Below, piece after piece: positions 48,917 to 58,500 of a DNA stretch of 64,000 nt (position 1 is the first letter of the stretch; the number at the start of each line of letters is the position of its first letter). The position numbers and the translations under genes are program-made. The notes under the pieces are model-generated. The model was not told where the DNA came from and made no database searches. It saw only the letters and a list, made by a program, of their open reading frames with translations. The DNA is from an uncultured Bacilli bacterium (GTDB lineage Bacteria; Bacillota_I; Bacilli_A; RF39; UBA660). The stretch covers positions 6,515 to 70,514 of the forward strand of contig CAKPHO010000005.1 of NCBI GenBank assembly GCA_934162195.1, read 5' to 3'.

Positions 48917-49261
48917 ATGAAATATATTATTATGTTTGTGGTATCGTTTTTAGTGGTTTATTTAGCATATCTTTTTACGGTTATTTTAAATAAGAAAAAA
49001 TTAAAAAAATTTGAAACTAGTAATCAAGCTTTATACTTTAACAAAAAATATAATGTTAAAGTTAGTGATAAGAATGTAAAGTTACTTGCTAATTTAGTAG
49101 CGATTTCTAATGCATTTATTATTAGTACTACTTTGATTATTATTGATTTAGTACCAAACTATATATTAAAAGTATTAGTTGCGTTTGTAATAATAATTCC
49201 ACTAATTTTAGTTTTATATCACATTGTTGGTTTAGTAATGTTGAAAAGAGGTAATAAATAA
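48917..49261 (+). CDS. Small membrane protein (hypothetical), first gene of the leuS operon
   Basis: RBS AAGGAGG; three TM helices; its stop overlaps the leuS start (TAATG). Confidence 0.5.
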   Translation: MKYIIMFVVSFLVVYLAYLFTVILNKKKLKKFETSNQALYFNKKYNVKVSDKNVKLLANLVAISNAFIISTTLIIIDLVPNYILKVLVAFVIIIPLILVLYHIVGLVMLKRGNK

Positions 49262-51657
49262 TGTATGATTTTACAAAGATAGAAAAGAAATGGCAAAAGT
49301 ATTGGGAAGATAACAATACTTTTAAAACAGATATTTATGATTTTAGTAAACCTAAATATTATGCCCTAGATATGTTTCCATACCCATCTGGTGTTGGTCT
49401 TCATGCAGGACACCCAGAAGGATATACAGCAACAGATATAGTTGCCCGTATGAAAAGAATGCAAGGATATAATGTTTTACATCCAATGGGTTTTGATTCA
49501 TTTGGACTTCCTGCTGAACAATTTGCTATATCAACAGGTAATCATCCAGAAGGATTTACAAAGAAAAACATTGAAACATTTAAAACACAATTAAAAATGT
49601 TAGGTTTTTCTTATGATTGGGATAGAGAAGTTTCTACCTCTGACCCAGAATTTTACAAGTGGACACAATGGATATTTAAACAATTATTTTTAGATGGTTA
49701 TGCTAAATGTGTTGATATGCCAGTTAATTGGTGTGAAGAATTGGGAACAGTTCTTGCTAATGATGAAGTTATTGATGGCAAGAGCGAGCGTGGAGGATAT
49801 CCTGTTGTTAGAAAAAACATGAAGCAATGGGTTATAGATATTCCTGCTTATGCCGAAAAATTACTTGCAGGTTTAGATGAAATTGATTGGCCTGAATCAA
49901 CTAAAGAAATTCAAAGAAATTGGATTGGAAAAAGTATTGGTGCTCATGTTGATTTTAAAGTAAAAGGTACTGATTCTAAATTTACAGTTTTTACAACACG
50001 TTGTGATACTTTATTTGGAGCAACATATTGTGTTTTAGCACCTGAACATAAACTTGTCGATATAATAACTACTGAAGAACAAAAAGAAGCTGTTGAAAAT
50101 TATAAGAAGGCATGTGCTTCTAAATCAGACTTAGAAAGAACAGAATTAAATAAAGAAAAGACAGGAGTATTTACTGGTGCATACGCTATTAATCCTGTCA
50201 ATAATAAGGAAATACCTATTTGGATAAGTGATTATGTTTTAGCAACATATGGTACTGGAGCAATTATGGCAGTTCCTGCTCATGATGATCGTGATTACGA
50301 ATTTGCTAAAAAGTTTAATATTCCAATTATTCAAGTTCTAGATGGTGATAGTATAGAAGAACATGCTTACACTAAAGATGGTGTGCATATTAATTCTGAG
50401 TTCCTAGATGGACTTAATAAAGAAGATGCTATTAATAAAATGATTAATTGGCTTGAAGAAAATAACTGTGGAAAAAAACAAGTTAATTACCGTTTAAGAG
50501 ATTGGATTTTTGCTCGTCAAAGATATTGGGGTGAACCAATTCCAATTATTCACTTAGAAGATGGTAAAGATGTAGCGCTTGCAGATTCTGAATTACCTTT
50601 AATTTTACCAACATTAGAAGATTACAAAGGTAAAAATGGAAAAGCGCCACTTGAAAATGCTACTGATTGGGTTAATGTAGAAGTAGATGGAATTAAAGGA
50701 AAAAGAGAAACTTCTACAATGCCTGGTAGTGCGGGTTCAAGTTGGTATTTCTTAAGATATATTGATCCACATAATAATGAATGTTTAGCTGATAAAAAAT
50801 TGCTAGAACATTGGATGCCAGTTGATTTATATGTTGGTGGTCCAGAACATGCTGTTGGACATTTATTATATTCTAGAATGTGGAATAATTATTTATATGA
50901 TAAAGGAATTGTTCCAGTTAAAGAACCATTTAAAAAATTAGTACATCAAGGAATGATCTTAGGTTCCAATGGTATTAAAATGGGTAAAAGATATCCTGAA
51001 TATGTTGTAAATCCAAACGACATTGTAAAAGAATATGGTGCTGATACATTAAGACTTTATGAGATGTTTATGGGGCCTTTGGAAGCTGATAAACCATGGA
51101 ATGATGATGCTGTTGATGGTGCTAAAAAATTCTTAGATAGAATATGGAGACTTTATACTGAAGAAAATAAAATAGCAGATCAAGCGAATGCAAATCTTGA
51201 AAAGATTTATCACAAAACAGTTAAGAAGGTAACTAGTGATTACGAATCTTTAAGTTTTAATACAGCTATTAGTCAAATGATGATATTTATTAATGCTATT
51301 TATAAAGAAGAAGTATTCCCTGTAGAATATGCAAAAGGATTATTAAAACTATTAAATCCAATAGTTCCACACATTACTGAAGAGCTATGGAGCGAAGTAT
51401 TTAAACAACAGAATACTATTGCTTATGAACCATGGCCTACATATGATGAAACAAAGACAATAGATGAAACTTATGAATTAGTAGTTCAAGTAAATGGAAA
51501 AGTACGTGGAAAAATAGAAACACATACAGATACTATAGAAGAAGAAATGAAAGAAAAGGCTTTACAAATTGAAAATGTAAAGAAACATTTGGAAGGATTA
51601 CAAATCGTAAAAATTGTTACTATTCCTAAAAAATTAGTTAGTATTGTTGCAAAATAG
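49261..51657 (+). CDS. leuS: Leucyl-tRNA synthetase
   Basis: HIGH region [16 protein letters not shown]; class I aaRS editing and anticodon-binding domains; ~800 aa. Confidence 0.92.
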   Translation: MYDFTKIEKKWQKYWEDNNTFKTDIYDFSKPKYYALDMFPYPSGVGLHAGHPEGYTATDIVARMKRMQGYNVLHPMGFDSFGLPAEQFAISTGNHPEGFTKKNIETFKTQLKMLGFSYDWDREVSTSDPEFYKWTQWIFKQLFLDGYAKCVDMPVNWCEELGTVLANDEVIDGKSERGGYPVVRKNMKQWVIDIPAYAEKLLAGLDEIDWPESTKEIQRNWIGKSIGAHVDFKVKGTDSKFTVFTTRCDTLFGATYCVLAPEHKLVDIITTEEQKEAVENYKKACASKSDLERTELNKEKTGVFTGAYAINPVNNKEIPIWISDYVLATYGTGAIMAVPAHDDRDYEFAKKFNIPIIQVLDGDSIEEHAYTKDGVHINSEFLDGLNKEDAINKMINWLEENNCGKKQVNYRLRDWIFARQRYWGEPIPIIHLEDGKDVALADSELPLILPTLEDYKGKNGKAPLENATDWVNVEVDGIKGKRETSTMPGSAGSSWYFLRYIDPHNNECLADKKLLEHWMPVDLYVGGPEHAVGHLLYSRMWNNYLYDKGIVPVKEPFKKLVHQGMILGSNGIKMGKRYPEYVVNPNDIVKEYGADTLRLYEMFMGPLEADKPWNDDAVDGAKKFLDRIWRLYTEENKIADQANANLEKIYHKTVKKVTSDYESLSFNTAISQMMIFINAIYKEEVFPVEYAKGLLKLLNPIVPHITEELWSEVFKQQNTIAYEPWPTYDETKTIDETYELVVQVNGKVRGKIETHTDTIEEEMKEKALQIENVKKHLEGLQIVKIVTIPKKLVSIVAK

Positions 51658-51709
51658 ATAGATTTTCTATCTATTTTTTGTTATAATTTTAAACGAAAGA
51701 AGAGATACT

Positions 51710-52558
51710 ATGATAGATATAATATTAGATACTTTAATAGATAGTTTAAAACTATTACCATTTTTATTTATTGCATTTTTAATTATCGAATTAATAGAAC
51801 ATAAATTAAATAAACAAACAAAAGAGTTAGTTAGTAAATCAGGTAAGGTTGGACCACTAATTGGTAGTTTACTTGGATTATTTCCACAATGTGGTTTTTC
51901 TGTTATGGCAACTAATTTATATGTAACAAGAATAATTACTTTAGGAACGTTAATTTCTATTTATCTAGCTACAAGTGATGAGATGTTACCAATTATGTTA
52001 TCACAAAAGATAGCATTCATAGAAATAATAAAATTGTTAGGAATTAAGTTTATATGTGGAATAATCTGGGGATTTATTATTGATCTATTATTAAATAAAA
52101 AATCTAAAAAAGAAAATATAAACTATGAGATATGTAATGAAGATCATTGTAATTGTCATGAAGAAGGAGTAATTAAATCAACTTTAATTCATACTTTTAA
52201 AACATTATTGTTTATTATGTTAGTTTCATTCTTATTAAATATATTGTTGCACTTTATAGGAGAAGATAGCTTATCGAAATTATTCTTAAAAAATAGTATT
52301 TTTGGACCATTTATATCAAGTTTACTAGGTTTAATTCCTAATTGTGGATCAAGCATTGTTATCACTGAACTTTATTTAAATGGTGCAATATCATTAGGAT
52401 CAGCTATGGCTGGACTTTTAACTGGTAGTGGAGTTGCCCTTTTAGTTTTATTTAAAGAAAATAAGGATATAAAAGAAAATATAATTATATTGAGTTTATT
52501 ATATGGATTAGGAGTTATTAGTGGAATTATAATAGAGCTAATAACAATGATATTTTAG
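51710..52558 (+). CDS. Polytopic membrane protein with duplicated halves (permease-like, possibly DUF318/ArsP-type)
   Basis: Two homologous halves each carrying a G-L-(F/I)-P-(Q/N)-C-G-(F/S)-S motif; His/Cys-rich central loop. Confidence 0.35.
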   Translation: MIDIILDTLIDSLKLLPFLFIAFLIIELIEHKLNKQTKELVSKSGKVGPLIGSLLGLFPQCGFSVMATNLYVTRIITLGTLISIYLATSDEMLPIMLSQKIAFIEIIKLLGIKFICGIIWGFIIDLLLNKKSKKENINYEICNEDHCNCHEEGVIKSTLIHTFKTLLFIMLVSFLLNILLHFIGEDSLSKLFLKNSIFGPFISSLLGLIPNCGSSIVITELYLNGAISLGSAMAGLLTGSGVALLVLFKENKDIKENIIILSLLYGLGVISGIIIELITMIF

Positions 52559-52670
52559 TTAGTAAGAAATAGTATTTTAGATGCTATTTTTTTTAACAAA
52601 AAGTATTGTGATAAGAACAAATGTTTGGTATAATCTTTTTGAGAATATTACAAAAAGGAGGAATAAATAA

Positions 52671-53489
52671 ATGAGTAATATAGAAGAATATACTGAAAAA
52701 ATTTTTGAAGATATTAAACATATTGATAATTCAAGTAATGAATATTGGGAAGCAAGAGAACTACAGCAAATACTTGGTTATAAAGAATGGAGATATTTTT
52801 CTAGTGTTATAGAAAAAGCTCAAATAGCTTGTTCTCAAAGTAATAACAACATTAATTCCCATTTTGGTGTAAACACCAAAATTGTGAAGACAGGGGTTTC
52901 AACTAAAAATATCATTGATTATAAGCTAAGTAGATATGCTTGTTATTTGATAGTTCAAAATGCTAATCCTAAATTTAAAACTGTTGCGTTAGGCCAGACA
53001 TACTTTGCAATACAAACAAGAAGAATGGAGTTAACAGAAGCTGAATATAGTAAATTATCAGAAGATGAAAAGAGATTGTATAGAAGAAAACAAACAAAAG
53101 ATGGTAATAAAGTTTTGTATAAAATAGCAAGAGAAAAAGGAGTTAAAAACTTTGATAAATTTACAAATGCAGGTTATAAAGGTTTATACAATGGTGAAAC
53201 AGCAAACGATATTGCTAAAAGAAAAGGCTTAAGGTATAGAGAAGATATATTAGATAATATGGGAAGTACTGAATTGGGAGCTAATGTGTTTAGAATAACT
53301 CAAACTGAAGCTTTATTAGAAAAACAAGAAGAAAAAAGCGAAAATATGGCAACTGATACTCATTATAAAGTAGGTAAAGCTATAAGAAAAGTTATAGAAG
53401 AATTAGGTGGTACTATGCCTGAAGATTTACCAACTCCAGATAAATCAATTAAAGAAATTGAAAAAAAGGAAACAAAATCTTTGATGTAA
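52671..53489 (+). CDS. dinD: DNA-damage-inducible protein D-like (DinD family)
   Basis: Close match to the E. coli DinD pattern: LSRYACYLIVQNANP, GQTYFAIQTRRMEL, DNMGSTELGANVFRITQTE. Confidence 0.75.
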   Translation: MSNIEEYTEKIFEDIKHIDNSSNEYWEARELQQILGYKEWRYFSSVIEKAQIACSQSNNNINSHFGVNTKIVKTGVSTKNIIDYKLSRYACYLIVQNANPKFKTVALGQTYFAIQTRRMELTEAEYSKLSEDEKRLYRRKQTKDGNKVLYKIAREKGVKNFDKFTNAGYKGLYNGETANDIAKRKGLRYREDILDNMGSTELGANVFRITQTEALLEKQEEKSENMATDTHYKVGKAIRKVIEELGGTMPEDLPTPDKSIKEIEKKETKSLM

Positions 53490-53514
53490 GTGTAGAAGAA
53501 TAGATTAATAATTG

Positions 53515-53544
53515 TTGACAATAACAAACAATAAATTGTATAAT
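53515..53544 (+). promoter_or_regulatory. Strong sigma-A promoter (TTGACA-18-TATAAT) ~250 nt upstream of pilin-like gene 53768
   Basis: TTGACA 53515..53520; TGTATAAT 53537..53544. Confidence 0.55.
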
Positions 53545-53720
53545 AAATACAGTAAAGGTAGCGATAGTATGGTTAAAGTATTCGTAGAACATAACTTCAA
53601 AAATAATAGCAGAAACACCAACCTGGGGGGGGGTTATTTAATCATACTATAATACTAAATACATATAAAAACACAAGAAAACTAGACTTGAAATAGTCTA
53701 GGTTTCTTTGTGTTTTTTAT
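53545..53720. repeat. Conserved upstream module, copy 3 (G9 variant)
   Basis: GTAAAGGTAGCGATAGTATGGTTAAAG block shared with copy 2; G9 53625..53633; TTTAATCATACTATAAT (TATAAT 53648..53653); hairpin 53671..53713 with a T-run. Confidence 0.7.
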
Positions 53721-53767
53721 TGTACCTTTACAAGTAAGTAAATCTAAATAAAAGAAGGAGGAGTATT

Positions 53768-54772
53768 ATGAAATTAAAAAATAAACACGGATTTACACTT
53801 ATAGAATTACTAGCGGTAATAGTAGTATTAGCAATAATCGCACTAATCGCAACACCAATAGTAATGAATACAATAAAAAAATCAAAGAAAGGAGCAGCTG
53901 AGAGAAGTGCGGATAGCTACATAAAACAAGTAGAAGTAGCAGTAGCAGAAGAACGACTAAATAAAAATGAAGTACTAGAAGGAGAATATCAAATAACAAG
54001 TGATGGAAATCTATGTAGAGATAAAAGTGCAAGTTGTTCAGATGATAACAAAATAAAAATAGAAATGAGCGGAACAAAACCAACATCAGGGAAAATAAAG
54101 ATAACAAATGGAAGTGTTGATCAATCATCATCAAGTATGATAATAGGAGATTATACTGTTTCATATAATTCTACTAAGAAAACATATGAAGCAATAGAGA
54201 AAGGAAATACACCACAAGTAGAAGTATTGTGTACAGCAAAAACAGCAGCAACAAAAGGAAATGTACCACAAGGACAATTTGCCTATGGAGATGGATATAC
54301 ATGTGAATTAGGTGATAATGATGCAAAAACATTCTTTGTACTAGAAACAAATGGAGATAATGTATCATTAATCATGGATAGAAACATAGATTCAAATGGT
54401 AAAGGAACAACAAGTGGAGGAAATACAGTAGCTTGGTGTAAATCAGGAAGTAATAATACATGTGCTGCAGATAGAGCATTAGAATACTTAAAAACAAGTA
54501 CAACAGGATGGACAAAATTAACAGAATCACAAATAAGCTTACCTTCATATGATCAAATATATAAAGCTGCGGGTAATAAAACTTCGGGATTACCAACATG
54601 GCTATATGAAAATAATGTATATGGTTATTGGACATCAACCCCTCATGCGTCTAACTCTAACCGCGCTTGGCTTGTGAACTACCACGGCAACTTGAACTTC
54701 AACTTCGTCGACTTCGACGACAGCTATGGCGTTCGTCCAGTTATAACTGTCTCAAAATCACAATTAGGATAA
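53768..54772 (+). CDS. Modular pilin-like protein: prepilin N-terminus + DUF1566/Lcl-like C-terminal module with a GC-shifted 3' end
   Basis: NKHGFTLIELLAVIVVLAIIALIATPIVM; first ~55 codons nearly identical to 26370 at nucleotide level; C-terminus YWTSTPHASNSNRAWLVNYHGNLNFNFVDFDDSYGVRPVITVSKSQLG. Confidence 0.8.
   Translation: MKLKNKHGFTLIELLAVIVVLAIIALIATPIVMNTIKKSKKGAAERSADSYIKQVEVAVAEERLNKNEVLEGEYQITSDGNLCRDKSASCSDDNKIKIEMSGTKPTSGKIKITNGSVDQSSSSMIIGDYTVSYNSTKKTYEAIEKGNTPQVEVLCTAKTAATKGNVPQGQFAYGDGYTCELGDNDAKTFFVLETNGDNVSLIMDRNIDSNGKGTTSGGNTVAWCKSGSNNTCAADRALEYLKTSTTGWTKLTESQISLPSYDQIYKAAGNKTSGLPTWLYENNVYGYWTSTPHASNSNRAWLVNYHGNLNFNFVDFDDSYGVRPVITVSKSQLG
54640..54772 (+). other. GC-shifted, AAC/NNC-codon-rich 3' segment, candidate DGR variable repeat (VR)
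   Basis: 15 of 16 consecutive codons end in C (aac tac cac ggc aac ttg aac ttc aac ttc gtc gac ttc gac gac agc); composition differs sharply from the rest of the gene; aligns codon-for-codon with 10126..10248, the only template-like partner in this window. Confidence 0.5.
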
Positions 54773-54776
54773 AAGA

Positions 54777-54810
54777 AAATGGTAAGTCGATGACTTGCCA
54801 TTTTTAGTTT
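54777..54810. terminator. Bidirectional terminator/hairpin between the pilin-like gene and tetR (AAATGGTAAGTC-GAT-GACTTGCCATTT + T-run)
   Basis: 11-12 bp stem with one G.U pair, immediately 3' of the candidate VR; the T-run overlaps the tetR stop. Confidence 0.6.
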
Positions 54811-55367
54811 ATATTATCTGGAATTAATATTTTTAAGTATTCCATAATTTGATCTTTAGTATACTTAGAACTATCACTTAACCATTCAACACCTAAGTTA
54901 ATAACCCCACCTAAATAGAATTTAGCAATTATATCACTAGGTATCTTTTTACTAATACTATCAGTTTTAATTTTATTTAAAATATCTTCATTAACAACAC
55001 TTAGTAAAATATCCATCATAATACTATTACGATTGTTAATCATGATAGAGCTATAAACATTTCTTTTGCTTTCAATATGATCTAAAAATAGTTCGATTAA
55101 TTTTATATAGTATTCTCTAGTGTTTAGATTATTGCTATTTTTATTAAGTTCATTAACAAATTCTTCTTTTAGATTACTAATAAAGTCTACTAGTAATTCA
55201 TATTTATCTTCGTAGTGAGCGTAGAAAGTAGAACGATTAATCATGGCTTTAGAACAAATATCAGAAACTTTTATTTCTTCAAAAGTTTTATCTTTCATTA
55301 AATCTATTAAGGCTTGATAGAGTAAGTTTTTAGTCTTAACAACGCGTAAATCTTTTTTCTTTTCCAT
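54804..55367 (-). CDS. TetR/AcrR-family transcriptional regulator
   Basis: N-terminal HTH LRVVKTKNLLYQALIDLMKDKTFEEIKVSDICSKAMINRSTFYAHY; divergent from the transporter gene. Confidence 0.8.
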   Translation of the reverse strand: MEKKKDLRVVKTKNLLYQALIDLMKDKTFEEIKVSDICSKAMINRSTFYAHYEDKYELLVDFISNLKEEFVNELNKNSNNLNTREYYIKLIELFLDHIESKRNVYSSIMINNRNSIMMDILLSVVNEDILNKIKTDSISKKIPSDIIAKFYLGGVINLGVEWLSDSSKYTKDQIMEYLKILIPDNIN

Positions 55368-55545
55368 TTATATCACCACCTATATTATATGCATAAAAAC
55401 CGACATATGTAAAGATAAATTACGTTTTGTTGGTTTTTATGTATACATATTTATCATATTGTTGGAAAACATACATTTTAATAAATATGTTTGTGTTCAA
55501 AGAAATAAGTTTGTAATAAACTATCTTGTGGATGGAGGGAAAAAT

Positions 55546-58500
55546 ATGAATAAGGTTGCAGAAAAGATTTGCAAACACAAAAAAGTTATTTTGATTGTTT
55601 CAATTATACTTGCATTTTTTTCATTTATAGGAATGAAGTTAACTAAAATCAATTATGATATTTTAGTTTACTTACCAGAAGATATTGAAACAATTAAGGG
55701 TCAAAATATTTTAACTGATGATTTTAATATGGGTTCGTATTCAGTTGCGATTATTGATAATATGAGCAGTAAAAATATTGTTGAACTAGAAAATAAAATA
55801 AAGAATGTTGAAGGGGTTAACGAGGTAGTATCTTTATATGATGTTATTGGAACAAGTATTCCAGTTGAAATGTTACCAAATGAAGTAACATCAAAACTAC
55901 ATAAAGATAATACAGATTTAATTCTTATAACATTTAAAGATGGTACTTCTAATGAAAAAACTATTAATGCGGTAGAAGAGATTAGAAGTATTACAAAAGA
56001 TAGTTGTAAATTAAGTGGGATGAGTTCAATGGTTTTAGATACTATGAATTTATCTGAACAAGAAATAATGATATATATTATAATTGCTGTTATTTTATGT
56101 TTAACAGTTTTAGAGTTATCATTAGATTCTTATTTAGCTCCAGTATTTTTACTTCTTAATATTGGATGCGCAATATTATTTAACTTAGGAACAAATTTAT
56201 GCTTTGGTCAAATTTCATACATAACTAAAGCCTTGGTTGCAGTATTACAACTAGGTGTTACTACTGACTTTTCTATTTTCTTGTATCATTCTTATGAAGA
56301 TAAGAAAAAGAAATTTAAGGATAAAAATGAAGCTATGAGTGAAGCAATAGCAGAAACTTTTGTTTCGGTATTAGGTAGTTCTCTTACGACAGTTGCAGGA
56401 TTCTTAGTTTTATGTGCGATGAAATTAACTTTAGGAAAAGATTTAGGCATTGTAATGGCTAAGGGAGTAATATTAGGTGTTATTACAGTTTTAACATTAT
56501 TCCCAAGTTTACTTCTTATCTTTGATAAAGCTATTGAAAAAACAAAACATAAAAGTTTAAATTTAAACTTTACAAGATTTAATAAATTTATTGTTAATAA
56601 TCATATTATAATTTTTATTGTTTTCTTGATTTGTTTAGTACCAGCTTATCTAGGTTATAAAAAAGTAGATGTATACTACAAGATAGATAGATCACTTCCA
56701 GATACCTTAGAAAGTATTAGTGCAAATGCAGAATTAAAAGAAAAATATAATATTGTTAGTCCAGAAATGATTATTGTTGATAGCAAGATGAAGACAAATG
56801 ATATTGTTAATATGGTAAATGAATTAAAAAGTGTTGATGGTGTTGATTTTGTTTTATCATTTGATGAATTAAAACAATATGGTGTAACAGAAAATATGTT
56901 ACCATCAAAATTATTAAGTACATTTAAAAATGATAAATATGAAATGCTACTTTTAAATTCAACATATGAAGTTGCTAGTGATGAACTTAATAGTCAAATA
57001 GAAACAATTAATAATATTGTAAAAAAATACGATGAAAATATAATTGTTGCTGGTGAAGGACCTCTTATGAAAGATTTAATTAACATAAGTGATACTGATT
57101 TTACAAATGTTAATTCCGCATCTATCATCTGTGTTTTAGCAATTCTACTTATTGTTTTAAAGAGTTTATCTTTACCATTCTTACTTACATTGACAATTGA
57201 GTCAGCAATTATTATTAATATGTCATTCTCATACTTTGGTGGAGTAACATTACCATTTGTCGCACCAATTGTTCTTGGTACTATTCAATTAGGAGCAACA
57301 ATTGATTATGCAATATTACTTACTTCATCATATGTGAAAAATAAAAAAGATAATTTAAAACCTAAAGAAGCAATGCTTAAAACGTTAAATTATAATGGTA
57401 AATCAGTTTTAATTAGTGGTCTTTGTTTCTTTGCTGCAACATTTGGTGTTGGTGTATATTCTAAACTTGAAATGGTAGGAAGCTTATGTACACTAATATC
57501 TAGAGGTGCGATTGTTAGTATGCTTGTGGTAATTATGGTATTACCATCAGTCTTACTTATTTTTGATAAATTAATTACAAAAACAACGAAAGGAAGTAAA
57601 AATATGAAAAATATATTAAAAAAAGTAACAGCTTCAATGCTTGTTATAACACTATTATCAACTAGTTTTCCTGTTTATGCTTTAACTAAAAATGAAACTG
57701 TATATGGAAAATTAGAATCAGATGGTAAGGTAAAAAATGTTTATATTAATGAACAATTAATCAATAGTGAAAAAGAAAGTACTATTGAAGACTATACTGA
57801 TTTAAAAGATATTTTAAATATTAATGGTAATGAAAAGTTTACTATTGATAATAAAAAAATAGTTTGGAATGCAGAAGATAATGATATTTTATATCAAGGT
57901 AAATATGAAAATAATTTACCTATCGATGTTTCTATTAAATATTCATTAGATGGAAAAGAAATGAATTTAGATGATATGTTAGGATTATCTGGTAAAGTAT
58001 CTATTACAGTAAGTTATAAAAATAATGACAAACATATTGTTCGTGTTAATGGAAAATCAGAAACTTTATATACACCATTTGTAGTTATGTTTGGTACAGT
58101 TTTAGATAATGAAACTAATAGTAATATAAGTGTTACTAATGGTAAAGTTACATCTAATGGTACTAAGAGTGTCATCGCAGCACTTGCTACCCCAGGATTA
58201 TATGAAAGTTTAAATTTACAAGAGTTAAAAGATATGAACGAAATAACAATTAGTTATGATACAACATCTTTTGAACTTAAATCAATGTATTCTGTTGTTA
58301 CTCCAAAACTAATTAGTAATGATGATTTAAAAGCTTTTGATAAATTAGACGCTCTTTATAAAAAAGCTGATGAACTTGGAGAAAGTATGGATTTAATTAA
58401 TAATGGTTCTCTTAAGTTAAAAGATGGATCTAACGAATTAAAAACCACTTTAAAAAATTCTATTAGTGCATTACAAAAAAATAATGGCGATGTTCTCTCA

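Noticed and set aside
53596-53679. 27-codon ORF (ATG 53569ish, MVKVFVEHNFKNNSRNTNLGGGYLIIL) spanning the G9 tract
   Set aside because: Copy 2 of the module has a stop after 6 codons and copy 1 has no ATG, so the conserved block is more likely regulatory RNA/DNA than a translated phase-variable peptide.
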